Source: a virus
Lineage: Duplodnaviria > Caudoviricetes
Direction: 5' to 3' (one strand)
Virus record (IMG/VR): IMGVR_UViG_3300010222_000009
Coordinates: 1-38,481 of that record
Length of the DNA: 38,481 bases
Made by a program: the position numbers and the translations under genes
The notes under the pieces: model-generated
What the model saw: only the letters and a program-made list of their open reading frames with translations
What the model was told of the DNA's origin: nothing
Database searches by the model: none
Shown here: piece by piece, positions 19,265 to 28,687 of the stretch
How the letters are laid out: each line of letters begins with the position of its first letter
How positions within the stretch are numbered: position 1 is the stretch's first letter

Positions 19265-19501
19265 TTACCTCGCTGGCCGTTGGGCTTGTTGAGCCTCTTG
19301 TTCGGCTTTCTTACTCTCCTTTGCTCGCTTCTGTTGGATTCCCTCAACGATGGCGAGATGGGCTTGATACTCGGGAGCGGGGAGTTCTCGGGGGTCGAAC
19401 GGCATCCCGTACTCTTGAAAGAGTTTGGAGTCATCCATGACCCCTTTCTCGAACGGCGTTTCCGGAATAACGCTCTCCCCTTTCCCATATCTCAAAAACC
19501 C
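19265..19501 (-). CDS. Tail assembly chaperone -1 frameshift extension (gpT-like part)
   Basis: Slippery G GGT TTT (19501-19495) just before the chaperone stop; -1 frame reads FLRYGKGESVIPETPF...QRPAR up to the TMP start. Confidence 0.8.
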   Translation of the reverse strand, partial: GFLRYGKGESVIPETPFEKGVMDDSKLFQEYGMPFDPRELPAPEYQAHLAIVEGIQQKRAKESKKAEQEAQQAQRPAR

Positions 19502-19953
19502 TCCCGAACCTCCTCCGGCATCTCGGAGAACGAATCGATTGCATCCGCCAGCGGCTCCTTGATATGGTCGGGCATGGCCTTTCGATGCGCTTTCTTGTTC
19601 TCGAATCCATCGGGGCCAGCAACAACGCCATGCTCGATGAGTTTGTTCTTGAGAGCGCCGGAATCGGTCGTTACCTCCTCTCGGTTCCGGGAGGTATCGA
19701 TGTTGACCGCCGCTTGCTCCGCCTCCCGCCGCTCCTCCTCGGAGAGAATCCGATATCGGAATGTGATCTCCCCGACCGTTTCCCCGTTCTTGTTCCGAAC
19801 GGGCAACGTAATCGATTTGTGGGTTGACTGTTGCTCCTCCCAATGCCCAACCGCTTGTTGGAACGTAAGTTCCTCATCGCCAGCATCCTCGTTCTCCGCT
19901 CGGTTCTCCTCGGTCGTTGGCTCCTCGTTTGGAGCCTCGGTATCGCTTTCCAT
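19492..19953 (-). CDS. Tail assembly chaperone (gpG-like)
   Basis: 153 aa between tail tube and TMP, ends in slippery heptamer. Confidence 0.8.
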   Translation of the reverse strand: MESDTEAPNEEPTTEENRAENEDAGDEELTFQQAVGHWEEQQSTHKSITLPVRNKNGETVGEITFRYRILSEEERREAEQAAVNIDTSRNREEVTTDSGALKNKLIEHGVVAGPDGFENKKAHRKAMPDHIKEPLADAIDSFSEMPEEVREGF

Positions 19954-19999
19954 TGTTGAGCTCCCTCATTCGGGAAATCCGCTAACGTTGGTCGTTTGC

Positions 20000-20992
20000 C
20001 TATGCGGGTTGGTGGATTTCGATTTCCATCTCTCGGGGCATCAAGCCGATATCCGGCTCAAGCTTCCCCTCGCCGGGAACCGGAGAGGCCGCCGCATCGA
20101 TGGTTGTTCCCTTGAGGCGGATGTAAAGCGCATCCGTAAGGTCGGCCCGAGCCGCCGTTGATTCCGGGTTCTTGTTGAAAACGAACTCGAAATCCATCGG
20201 CTCGCCATCGTTGTAAGCCTCCTCATACCATACGTAATCGGTTTGCGTGATTCCGAGCGTATGGTCATGCTTTTCCTCCGCCGTTTCCTCCGAGATGCTG
20301 TAAGCCTCCCGGCCCCGGCCATGATGGTTTGCCTCAAGCCCATTATCGAGTGAGAAATCAACCGAAGTCGGGGTTTTGATGGGGCCGAGTTGAGTTCCGT
20401 CCGATGTTCTCGATACCGTAACATCCTCCAACATCCAAAAGCGGTATGGAGATTCTTGAGGAATCGAGAGGCTCGGAGCGGCAGCGGGGGAGCCGCTCTC
20501 CGAGGTCGTTGGGTCAAGGCCAGCGGCCATGACGTTGAACGTCGTTGAGAGCGGTTCGCCTTGAGAGGCGCTCATCGAGAGGCTCGCCTTACATCCGGTG
20601 TAATAAGCCTCAAGGTTGCCATCTTGCCAGTGGCCGACCGTCATCGTTGGGAGCCTATCCGCCTCGTTGAAAACGACCTCATCGTAATCGCCGCTTCCCG
20701 GAGATTGGGTTCCGTTATCCGTTCGGCTGCCGAGACCCACCTCGATTGGCGGAGTTGCGTCAACGAGTTGAACGGGAACATCGAACTCAAGCTCCTTTGG
20801 GTCGGGGGAGTTGACGTAAACGCCTCGGGATTTCCCGCCGGTTGCCATCGGAGTTTGCGGGTTCGGGTTCGGAGGGTCGGCATCCTCCCGAATCAACCCG
20901 AAATAGTTGCTGGGATCGCTCGCTTTCGAGTATGCCGTTCCCTCAATGCCAAACGTAAGAACGCCACCGGAGGCGAGGAGATACCTAACCAT
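20000..20992 (-). CDS. Major tail tube protein
   Basis: 330 aa beta-rich; YTGCKASLSMS..GEPL, DFSLDNGLE motifs; synteny. Confidence 0.8.
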   Translation of the reverse strand: MVRYLLASGGVLTFGIEGTAYSKASDPSNYFGLIREDADPPNPNPQTPMATGGKSRGVYVNSPDPKELEFDVPVQLVDATPPIEVGLGSRTDNGTQSPGSGDYDEVVFNEADRLPTMTVGHWQDGNLEAYYTGCKASLSMSASQGEPLSTTFNVMAAGLDPTTSESGSPAAAPSLSIPQESPYRFWMLEDVTVSRTSDGTQLGPIKTPTSVDFSLDNGLEANHHGRGREAYSISEETAEEKHDHTLGITQTDYVWYEEAYNDGEPMDFEFVFNKNPESTAARADLTDALYIRLKGTTIDAAASPVPGEGKLEPDIGLMPREMEIEIHQPA

Positions 20993-21182
20993 CGTTCTCT
21001 TCCTCCGAGCCGCTGGGGGTTGCCTCCCGGAGAACGTCGGAATGTTGCTCCGCCCCCTCGGGTTGAAGTTCGACCGTCTCCCCCTCCTTGATGACTAACC
21101 CGGCCCGAACTACCCGCCTCGGGCCATCGAGTTCGTACTTTTTCGTTTCCGGTTCCTCACTTTCGGTGTTTGTTGCGCTCAT
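20985..21182 (-). CDS. Small hypothetical virion-associated protein
   Basis: 65 aa acidic ORF between terminator and tube genes. Confidence 0.6.
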   Translation of the reverse strand: MSATNTESEEPETKKYELDGPRRVVRAGLVIKEGETVELQPEGAEQHSDVLREATPSGSEEENDG

Positions 21183-21186
21183 GGTT

Positions 21187-21663
21187 CTATATGGTGTTTA
21201 CAATCCCATCGAACGGGATTTGACCGCTGGCCGTTGAAACCTCCGAATCCCAATCCGCTCGGGATGCGTTCCCGATTGAGGCATCCTCGAACCCCTCGCT
21301 TTCGAGGAACTCGATGTTATCCTCAAACCATGCCTTGATTCCATCTCGGAGTTGGAACATGACGGTTGAGGAGGATGCCGCAAATTGAACGAGAACTTGA
21401 TATTGATGCTCGTGGAGGTTATGGCGGCGGTCGGGCCGTTCGGCGGAATCGGCCCCCTCTCGAACAACTATCATCGGGTAAAGCGGTTCCGTATCCGGGA
21501 AACTCGTTACTATGAACGGATGGGCATCATCCCGCTGACCGTCTTTGGGGTCAATGAGGTACTCTCCCGACCCTTGAGCGCCAGCGTTCGAGCGGAGCGA
21601 ATCCCGGAACGTATCCCGAACGATATGCTCGGAGAGGTTCTCGGTTTGAACAACATTTGCCAT
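21187..21663 (-). CDS. Tail terminator-like protein
   Basis: 158 aa, YPMIVV motif, upstream of tube gene. Confidence 0.6.
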   Translation of the reverse strand: MANVVQTENLSEHIVRDTFRDSLRSNAGAQGSGEYLIDPKDGQRDDAHPFIVTSFPDTEPLYPMIVVREGADSAERPDRRHNLHEHQYQVLVQFAASSSTVMFQLRDGIKAWFEDNIEFLESEGFEDASIGNASRADWDSEVSTASGQIPFDGIVNTI

Positions 21664-21740
21664 TTCTCTTTGCCTTGTTTGGCTCGCAATCCGAGGCTTG
21701 TTTACTCTCGGATGCTTACCCAGCGGTTCTTTCCCGAGCG

Positions 21741-21754
21741 CCTTTATTTTAGTT
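21741..21754 (-). promoter_or_regulatory. Putative late promoter element AACTAAAATAAAGG (copy 2)
   Basis: Exact 14-mer also at 28440-28453; both intergenic, upstream of minus-strand structural genes. Confidence 0.6.
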
Positions 21755-21853
21755 CGATTTTACCGGCCTGCTCGGGGGGTTGGAACCCGGTTCGGGGCGC
21801 TCGAACCCTACTTGAACGGTCGGAAACCCGCATGCAACGGCCCGGTTTGGCCG

Positions 21854-22390
21854 TTATTCCTCCTCTTGACCCTCGATGATGTTGTTGATGCGCTCCTCAA
21901 CGTTCTTTTGATACGTCGGGCCGACCTCTTGAGCGGCGAGCCGACCGGGGCCGAACGGCTCAAGCCCCTCATCGGCAATGGCCCATCGAATCGCATCAAC
22001 CATCTCCTCGAACGTTCCATCATCGGGGGAAACACCTCGCTCCCTTGCCCAATCAGCAATTGCCTCGAACGGCGGAGGGGAGCCGGGGGTCGGAACCCTC
22101 CCGAACTCCGCAACAGCGAGTTGAACAGCGTCTCCCCCAACCCGGAACTCATCGGAACCCTCGGGGTCGGCGGGGGCCACCGTAATATCCCCCGCCGCCT
22201 CGCCAGTATTCCGGTACGAGCGGGGATGCGAGCCGACCGCTCCCTCCCCCCGGTCAAGGTTCTCCCTCCATGCCCGTTGAGTACGAACCGCCGCCTTGAA
22301 CGCCTCCTCCCGAGCGATTTGTTGGAGCCGCTTTCCACCCTCGATGATACCCTCATACTCGTTGATATCAACCGAGTATGCACCCGGCAT
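21854..22390 (-). CDS. HK97 gp10-like tail completion/neck protein
   Basis: RNTG..I, EFGR.PG..PP..AI.DW motif; synteny. Confidence 0.7.
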   Translation of the reverse strand: MPGAYSVDINEYEGIIEGGKRLQQIAREEAFKAAVRTQRAWRENLDRGEGAVGSHPRSYRNTGEAAGDITVAPADPEGSDEFRVGGDAVQLAVAEFGRVPTPGSPPPFEAIADWARERGVSPDDGTFEEMVDAIRWAIADEGLEPFGPGRLAAQEVGPTYQKNVEERINNIIEGQEEE

Positions 22391-22392
22391 CG

Positions 22393-22764
22393 TTACCTCC
22401 CCGGTCGGGGTTCGAGGATGGCGCTCAACTTTTCAGCATCGGCCATCGGATGCGAATCATTGATGACCTCCGCAACCTTGTATCGATCACCGTTGCGATC
22501 GATTTCGTCCGGCCCGCCGGTTCGCTGGGAATCGATATCGATGCTTGAATCAACCGTTATCTTGAGACGGTCGAACGAGGCTTTACCCTCAAGCCGGGAG
22601 CTCTCCTCCTCGCTCGGTCGGGAAACGAACGCATTGATTTCGACCTCCTCGATGGTTGAGACATCCTTATCGAGTTCATCGTAATCATCGAAAACGGCAT
22701 TCGTTATCCGTATGAGGGTCACTTTCTCGCCATGGCGGGCAACGAGAGCGTTCGGGTTAGTCAT
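22393..22764 (-). CDS. Head closure-like protein
   Basis: HGEKVTL..DEIDRNGDRYKV pattern; start at MTNPNAL. Confidence 0.6.
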   Translation of the reverse strand: MTNPNALVARHGEKVTLIRITNAVFDDYDELDKDVSTIEEVEINAFVSRPSEEESSRLEGKASFDRLKITVDSSIDIDSQRTGGPDEIDRNGDRYKVAEVINDSHPMADAEKLSAILEPRPGR

Positions 22765-23176
22765 CGGACCCCTCCGAAACGTTTTCGCCTCGCCATGTTC
22801 CCGGTAGGTCGAACTCCTCCGGCTCGGAAACAGTACCATCGAGGTCGGAGCGGTTGATTTCCCCGGCCATGTTCCGAACGAATTGGGTCAAGTAAGCCAT
22901 TCCCTCCTCAATTTCTTGTAATTGCTCCCGAGTTTCGGCATGTTCCCGCTGGCGTTCCGAGCGCATCTCATCAAACCGCTCGTTTATCTCTCGGAGTTCC
23001 CCCTCGCTCCGCTCGAACTCCTCTTGACCGAGCATGAACTCCCGAAATTTGGTATTCTTTTCATGCTCCCTGAGAACGCCCTTCCCCCGCCATGAGATGT
23101 ATGCAACGATTCCCGTTAGAATGACCGAAAAGCCGGCGGAGATGGCGGCGAGGATGACTTGAGCGGAGAGGCTCAT
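22757..23176 (-). CDS. Membrane protein with one N-terminal TM helix and a coiled coil
   Basis: VILAAISAGFSVILTGIVAYISW followed by heptad-rich region. Confidence 0.7.
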   Translation of the reverse strand: MSLSAQVILAAISAGFSVILTGIVAYISWRGKGVLREHEKNTKFREFMLGQEEFERSEGELREINERFDEMRSERQREHAETREQLQEIEEGMAYLTQFVRNMAGEINRSDLDGTVSEPEEFDLPGTWRGENVSEGSDD

Positions 23177-23796
23177 ACAATGACCCTCCGAAACCGTTTG
23201 AGCCGCTCTTGATGCTCCTCGTTCAACGTCATCCGCTGGCCGAATGAAACCGAATAGCCATCCATGGAGACGGATTCAGCCCCGCTCGATTTTGAGGCTT
23301 GAGCCGCATCGAGGAGTTGATCAACGATGAGTTTTTCAGCAATCGATTTTACCTCATCGGGGGGGTTTGGATACCCCCAATCAAGCGTTATCTCGATGTT
23401 CTCCCAACCCTCGGGCCAACGGGCATATTTCCGCTCGATGATCCCAGCGTTTCGATTGGAGAGAGAGTTCGGTTGCGGCTTGATGCGATAATCCGAGGCA
23501 TCGAGCGAACTCCCGGAGAGTTTGACCGAGGAGAGGTTGATGATGGGGTAATACAACCCGTCTCCGCTCGCATGCTGGGGAAGTGAGAGTTCCGTTCGGC
23601 CGCTACCGTCAACGGTAACGGTTTCATCGAGATGCTCCTCAAAATCCCGCTGGCAATACTCATCAATGACCGATTTGGCTCGGTCATTGAGTTTCGAGAT
23701 GAGGGTATCAAGTTCCGAGGAGTTTTGCACGTTCGAGAGGTCGTTTGCCGATACCCCCGACGTTTGCTTGATGAGTTGGCTATCTGCGTAACTCAT
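23173..23796 (-). CDS. Head-tail adaptor (gp6/gp15-like)
   Basis: MSYA.., IDEYCQRDF, WGY..PP.EVK, SVSMDGYSVSF, L.RFRR terminus. Confidence 0.8.
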   Translation of the reverse strand: MSYADSQLIKQTSGVSANDLSNVQNSSELDTLISKLNDRAKSVIDEYCQRDFEEHLDETVTVDGSGRTELSLPQHASGDGLYYPIINLSSVKLSGSSLDASDYRIKPQPNSLSNRNAGIIERKYARWPEGWENIEITLDWGYPNPPDEVKSIAEKLIVDQLLDAAQASKSSGAESVSMDGYSVSFGQRMTLNEEHQERLKRFRRVIV

Positions 23797-23802
23797 CGGG
23801 AG

Positions 23803-24660
23803 TTACCCCCTGTAATGCCGCTTGAGCGAATCAAGCGTTGGGTTGTTTGAGGTGTCGTTGCGCGAAAGCCTCACCCGGACCCTAACGTTTTTCGATGAAT
23901 CGATTGGGGCAAGCGGATAGTTTTGCTTTACATCGGTTTCGATGACCGTACCATCCGCCAACTCAACATCGATTTGTACCGATTCGCCGTTGAGCGTTTC
24001 CTCCCATGTCACATAACCCCATTCCGAAACATCGGGGGTTTGGTCCCATTCGATGACGCAATCACCGGAGGATACCCCGCCGCTCACCCGGGCGGTCACA
24101 TCAACGAAAACACGGGTTGAGCCGGTTGTTGATTCGGTCGTATCGCTATATACGTTCCCGGTTATGTCAACGTCATCGCTTGTCACCGGCGTTGAGGAGT
24201 TACTCGTATACCCCTCGGTGTAAGTTGACCCCTCCGCATCCGCCGTTACGTAATATTTTGTACCCGAGGATAACGTTGCGCTAAATTCGGCAACGTCCCC
24301 GCTTGAGGATACGGATGTATCGGTATCGAGCGTTGTGTTATCCGATGCCCGGATGAGGTACGCCTTTGTGAGCCCGGAGGTGTTTCCGCTAACGGTTGCT
24401 TTTACGCCCTCAAGTTCGGTGTTCGGGTTGATTATCAACCCCCTCCCGTTATCCCTCGATGCGGAGCTGTCATCCGGGGAGCGCGTTGCGGTCGAACCAT
24501 CGACAACTGAGACCCCCAACCCAACCGAGCCGTTGTTGACCTCGGTATCCGTATGGGTGAGCGTTATACCCGATTCCGAAAAGTCGGCAACCTCCTCGGC
24601 GGAGAGTTCGGAAATACCGCCGCCGCCCCCGCCGCTGGACCCGCCGTAAATGTCGCTCAT
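23803..24660 (-). CDS. Ser/Thr/Gly-rich virion protein (head fibre/decoration candidate)
   Basis: 285 aa beta-rich with poly-Gly N-terminus, in head region. Confidence 0.6.
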   Translation of the reverse strand: MSDIYGGSSGGGGGGISELSAEEVADFSESGITLTHTDTEVNNGSVGLGVSVVDGSTATRSPDDSSASRDNGRGLIINPNTELEGVKATVSGNTSGLTKAYLIRASDNTTLDTDTSVSSSGDVAEFSATLSSGTKYYVTADAEGSTYTEGYTSNSSTPVTSDDVDITGNVYSDTTESTTGSTRVFVDVTARVSGGVSSGDCVIEWDQTPDVSEWGYVTWEETLNGESVQIDVELADGTVIETDVKQNYPLAPIDSSKNVRVRVRLSRNDTSNNPTLDSLKRHYRG

Positions 24661-24664
24661 GCGT

Positions 24665-25072
24665 TCAACTCCTCCGATCGGATTGGTAAGTCACCCGGAG
24701 AGAGGGGTCAGACCCGCTCGGGGCCGAATCGAACGACACAACGACCCGGAGGTATGCGAGCGGAACGTCCGGGTTGGCGGCGATGATGACCGCATCCCCA
24801 CTATTGCCCGATGCCGATACGGATACCCCGCTCGTATCGGTTGCGGGCTCCGAAAAGTCGGAGTCCAGCGAGGAGGCGCGTTCGAGCCGGGCCGTCAAGG
24901 ATTGGTCGGAGAGGTTGGTAACGTAAACTGCTCCGGTGTCTTGACCCCGAACGTCATACGACTCTTGAGCCTCCGCTTTGTCATCCCCATCGGTATCGGG
25001 GAGATCATGCTCGTTCGTATCCGTGATGTTGGATAGCGTGAATACTGATTTGTCGTTAGTTGCCTTGGGCAT
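24665..25072 (-). CDS. Hypothetical virion protein
   Basis: 135 aa, beta-rich, YLRVVV motif. Confidence 0.7.
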   Translation of the reverse strand: MPKATNDKSVFTLSNITDTNEHDLPDTDGDDKAEAQESYDVRGQDTGAVYVTNLSDQSLTARLERASSLDSDFSEPATDTSGVSVSASGNSGDAVIIAANPDVPLAYLRVVVSFDSAPSGSDPSLRVTYQSDRRS

Positions 25073-25259
25073 CGTTGTTCTCCCCCTTTTTTACAATCTC
25101 GATTTCCGCATCATCGGGCGAAATGCCCGCCTCGGTATCAACAAGAACCGTCTCCTCGCCGCTTTCGGGGTCCCGAGCGGTTATGCGGAGGTCGCAATCG
25201 AGCCCAATGCTCTCATTCCTCCGCATCCTCGCTCTCCTCCGTTTCCTCGGGCTCCTCAT
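25056..25259 (-). CDS. Small hypothetical protein (start uncertain)
   Basis: Acidic C-terminal half, overlaps next gene start. Confidence 0.45.
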   Translation of the reverse strand: MRSPRKRRRARMRRNESIGLDCDLRITARDPESGEETVLVDTEAGISPDDAEIEIVKKGENNDAQGN

Positions 25260-25297
25260 CCCGAACGCCCCGGGGTTTTCCGTTTAGGAACTCCTTT

Positions 25298-25819
25298 TTA
25301 TTCGCCATCGGTGACCTCCGAGATACGTTTCCGCATCTCCTCCTTGTTGAGCGCATCATCCCCCGACCATTCGAGGGAAAGGCCCAACTCCTCGTTGGCG
25401 AACGAATAGAGTTCGGAGCGGTTCATCTCATTGAGCGGTTCCGGCGGTTCGGGGAGTTCCTCATCATCCCCAGCGAGTCGGTCGGCGGTCATTGAGCCGC
25501 TCTCGTTCCCGCTGGCCGTCTCCTCGTTCTCGTCCTCCTCGGATGGTCCATCGGTCGGCTCCTCATCGGACCCACTTGAGGAGCCGCTCTCGGCGTTAGA
25601 GGAGCCCCCCTCCGAATCGTAAGTTATCCCCGAGGGGAGTTCCTCCGGTTCGAGCGGAATATGCCCCGCCTCGATGAGCCGCCGATGAGCACCCGCATCG
25701 AGGTCATCTCCGACTTCGAACGTTCGCTCCCCCTCGCCGTTTTCACTCACCGGAAACCGTTCCCGGTAAGAGGTTGTCACCGTTCCCGAATCATCATCGG
25801 TCCGCTGGCGGTATTCCAT
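25298..25819 (-). CDS. Post-capsid protein with C-terminal HeH/Rho-N-like motif
   Basis: LNEMNRSELYSFA..LGL..LNKEEMRKRI; directly after MCP. Confidence 0.7.
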   Translation of the reverse strand: MEYRQRTDDDSGTVTTSYRERFPVSENGEGERTFEVGDDLDAGAHRRLIEAGHIPLEPEELPSGITYDSEGGSSNAESGSSSGSDEEPTDGPSEEDENEETASGNESGSMTADRLAGDDEELPEPPEPLNEMNRSELYSFANEELGLSLEWSGDDALNKEEMRKRISEVTDGE

Positions 25820-25831
25820 CGGATTACCCCG

Positions 25832-27028
25832 TTAGATTTGGTAGTCCTTGAGATGGCGCGAGAGGTTGCCGTTGCCCCGGAGGATGGGAGCGGAGAACTC
25901 TCCCATCGCAACGAGTTCCCCGAACCCGAGGCGGGCAAGGGGAACGGTCGAAAGGGGCATGAGCGCCCGGTCCCGCATCTCCCTCCGGTTCATCACAAAC
26001 ACGTCTCCCTCCGAGCCGACTAGCGCTCCGGAGCCACCGGAGTCGTCATCATGCTCGGTTACGTTATGAGATGCGTACACCTGAACCCCGGAGATGCGGA
26101 TGCTCTCGTACCCGAAATCAAACGAGTTCCGATCATCGTTGTAAACCCGCTTGGTTTCCTGTTCGTTTTCGAGATAATCGAACAGCGAATGCGAGGTCCA
26201 AATCTCAAGGTCCGACTTGTTCACTCGGTCTTGAGATTGAATCATGTTCTTGATTTCCCCTTTAATATCCTTAGCTAGGCCATCGGTTGAGGAAATCGAG
26301 GTTGCTGACTTGTCCACGTCGTTGCCGGCGTTGCCGATGATGGTTGCGAAACCATCGTATGCGTTGCTATCGAGCAGATCACCCGTACCGGAACCAACCG
26401 AGGAGTCACCGTACAACATCGCCCGCTCCTTGGCTTGCATCGAATTCGCAACCCGCTCTCCGAGGGTCGTATCCCTTACGTCAAAGAAGAAATCCGACCC
26501 TGCGGCGGCAAAGTCGGAAATCTCAACGAGGTCAACCCAAATTTCCATGTCGGTTGAACCCCGGGAGAACCCGATGCCGGCCTTGTTGTTGTTCGTAAGG
26601 TCTAGGATATCGGTTTCCGACGTGAAACCGATGGCGCCATCCCGGGAGTCAATCCGGATATACTCGGCGCTAAACCCTTGCTGACCCTCTTGGGGAACCC
26701 GCTCAACGAGCGGGGCCTCCTCCCGGATAAGTTGGATGAAGTCCGGGTCGAAAACGAGAGGGGTTGCGTTGGAAACCGCCGACTCATCCATTGCGGTCTT
26801 TTGATGCATCTCCCCCGAACGATGCCGTTCGAGCGTCTCTGAGAGATGCTTGGCGGCATACCCCTTGAAGTTATCCCGAACCTCCTCATCGGCAAATGCG
26901 GCTTGCCGATTGGTGGTTACCTTGCCGAACTCCTTCTGCAGCACCGGAATGTTGTTTGCTTGCCAAATCTCCTCGAACGTCTTTTGCGCGTTCGTAAGGC
27001 CAAGGGCCTTTCGCATTTGAACGGACAT
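25832..27028 (-). CDS. Major capsid protein (HK97 fold inferred)
   Basis: 398 aa after protease/scaffold; ERAMLYGD..YDGF, ISGVQVYAS motifs. Confidence 0.85.
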   Translation of the reverse strand: MSVQMRKALGLTNAQKTFEEIWQANNIPVLQKEFGKVTTNRQAAFADEEVRDNFKGYAAKHLSETLERHRSGEMHQKTAMDESAVSNATPLVFDPDFIQLIREEAPLVERVPQEGQQGFSAEYIRIDSRDGAIGFTSETDILDLTNNNKAGIGFSRGSTDMEIWVDLVEISDFAAAGSDFFFDVRDTTLGERVANSMQAKERAMLYGDSSVGSGTGDLLDSNAYDGFATIIGNAGNDVDKSATSISSTDGLAKDIKGEIKNMIQSQDRVNKSDLEIWTSHSLFDYLENEQETKRVYNDDRNSFDFGYESIRISGVQVYASHNVTEHDDDSGGSGALVGSEGDVFVMNRREMRDRALMPLSTVPLARLGFGELVAMGEFSAPILRGNGNLSRHLKDYQI

Positions 27029-27030
27029 TG

Positions 27031-28407
27031 TTACTTACCTCCGAATGCCGGGGAGGGTTTGCTGGCGTTCCCCGAGCCGCCTTTGTTTTCGCTTTCGTTG
27101 CCCGATTCCGAACCCTCGGAATCCCCCTCCTCGGGTTCATACGTTGAGATGGTTCCCGCTGGAGATGGCCCGCTCCGACCATCGCCGGAGCCGGTATCCT
27201 TGAACAACTCCGAGCGGAGTTCGTCGACGAACGAATCGGTAACGTCAACCTCGAACTCCTCCTCCGCCAGCGCATCCCGAACCTCATCGGAGATGAGCGA
27301 GCGGAGAGCCTCCTCATCGGTTAGCGCATCGAGGAGAACCTCATCGAGCGCATCCCGGATTTGGGAGCGGAGTTCGGGAGGGTCGTTCTCGCCGGATTTG
27401 CCATCGTTCGGTTCCCCGGATTCCTCCTCCTCATCCTCCTCCCCCTCACCATCCTCATCGGATTCGAGGGTTTGAGAAACGAACTCCATGACCTCGGCGG
27501 TCGGGAGATCGCTCATGGATTCGGCATCGGAGGAGGAGAGCGCCTCCTCCGCAACCGATTCGAGGAGGTCGGCATCCGCCTCATCGGTTTCGCTGGCCCA
27601 ATCGATAACCTCGGTGATTGGGTCATCCTCGGAGTTGCCATCAACCCCGAGGTACGTTTCGACCATTTCGAGAGCGGATTTCATCTCGCTCTCGGATTGT
27701 TTCGATTGCATGGTTTGGTTTTGTTGTTCGTTCGGAGCGAGCGAGGAGCGCATCTCTTGAGTGATTGCCCGAGCGAGGCGCTCCGGCTCGCCATCGTATC
27801 CGCCAGCATCGGCAACCGCTTTCGCCGTTGCCATTGCCGAATCGGATACCATGGCATCCGGGTTCGATGGGATACCAACAGCGGAGCATTCGAGAAGGTC
27901 AACCTTATGAAAGATTTGACCATGCTCGGAGTCCTCCTTTTCCTCCGATTTCTCAACGATGAACCCGACCGAGAACCCGACCGGAGCAACCCCCTCATCG
28001 AGCATCGTTTCCAATTCTTGAGCATCATCCGAACTCGGTCGGAGAGCGGCGGTTGCGAAAAGTTGCTCATCATCATTGATGCGAGCATCTTTCCATCCGC
28101 CGATTTGCTCAAGAACTCGGTAATCGGGGAAATTCGTTTCCGTACTTAGGCCATGGTCAAGCCACATTCCGACCTCGCCGGAGCGGAATTGCGCGGCTTC
28201 ATGCTCAAGCCCTTGTTCGGAGAACTCATCGCCATCCCTATCCTCGGATGGGGAGGAAACCGGAACCTCAATATGGGTAACCTCGGTTCCATCATCCTCC
28301 TCTTTCCATACCTTGATTTGCTCTCGCTCAACGGAGAACGATTTCCGTATCTCGGTTTGGCCGGAGTCGTTCTCGCTCCGATACGTCGTTTTGGGTTTGA
28401 TAGGCAT
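27031..28407 (-). CDS. Prohead protease (HK97-type) fused to acidic scaffold region
   Basis: DRDGD, MWLDHG, GFSVGF, LLECSAVGIPSNPDA; low-complexity acidic C-terminal half. Confidence 0.88.
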   Translation of the reverse strand: MPIKPKTTYRSENDSGQTEIRKSFSVEREQIKVWKEEDDGTEVTHIEVPVSSPSEDRDGDEFSEQGLEHEAAQFRSGEVGMWLDHGLSTETNFPDYRVLEQIGGWKDARINDDEQLFATAALRPSSDDAQELETMLDEGVAPVGFSVGFIVEKSEEKEDSEHGQIFHKVDLLECSAVGIPSNPDAMVSDSAMATAKAVADAGGYDGEPERLARAITQEMRSSLAPNEQQNQTMQSKQSESEMKSALEMVETYLGVDGNSEDDPITEVIDWASETDEADADLLESVAEEALSSSDAESMSDLPTAEVMEFVSQTLESDEDGEGEEDEEEESGEPNDGKSGENDPPELRSQIRDALDEVLLDALTDEEALRSLISDEVRDALAEEEFEVDVTDSFVDELRSELFKDTGSGDGRSGPSPAGTISTYEPEEGDSEGSESGNESENKGGSGNASKPSPAFGGK

Positions 28408-28439
28408 CCGACTCCTACTCCACAGTACCGGGTAGTTAA

Positions 28440-28479
28440 CCTTTATTTTAGTTGGCTTTTAGCAGATTAACGGTTAAAC
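28440..28479. promoter_or_regulatory. Late promoter/operator region upstream of protease gene
   Basis: CCTTTATTTTAGTT shared with 21741; TTAGCAGATTAACGGTTAA resembles 35746-35766. Confidence 0.6.
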
Positions 28480-28500
28480 AAGTATGTGTAGTTTAATAGA

Positions 28501-28667
28501 GGACCCACGTATGCTAAACTGGCTCACGGGCCGAGGCTTATCTCCGATGACGCCTCCGCTCCGGAGCGAGCCATGGCCGGCGTACCCCCGTACCCGTCCG
28601 GAGTCGGAAACTCCGGGGATCAGGGCGGAGGCGGGTGCGCGAAAACTGTAGGTCCCGGCCACCTTTT
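28501..28667 (+). ncRNA. Candidate structured non-coding RNA (strand uncertain)
   Basis: Nested helices 28501-05/28651-55, 28551-61/28623-33, 28598-604/28610-16; TTAAAC about 25 nt upstream and TTTT downstream. Confidence 0.45.
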
Positions 28668-28687
28668 CGACCCCCACTTTCAACGAC

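Noticed and set aside
19480-19486. Lambda-type slippery GGGAAAG just downstream of the chaperone stop
   Set aside because: Lies after the stop and is not in X XXY YYZ phase for the extension frame; GGGTTTT explains the shift
28540-28616. Possible hammerhead ribozyme (..CCGATGA..GAAAC)
   Set aside because: Core needs CUGANGA with correctly placed stems; not satisfied on either strand
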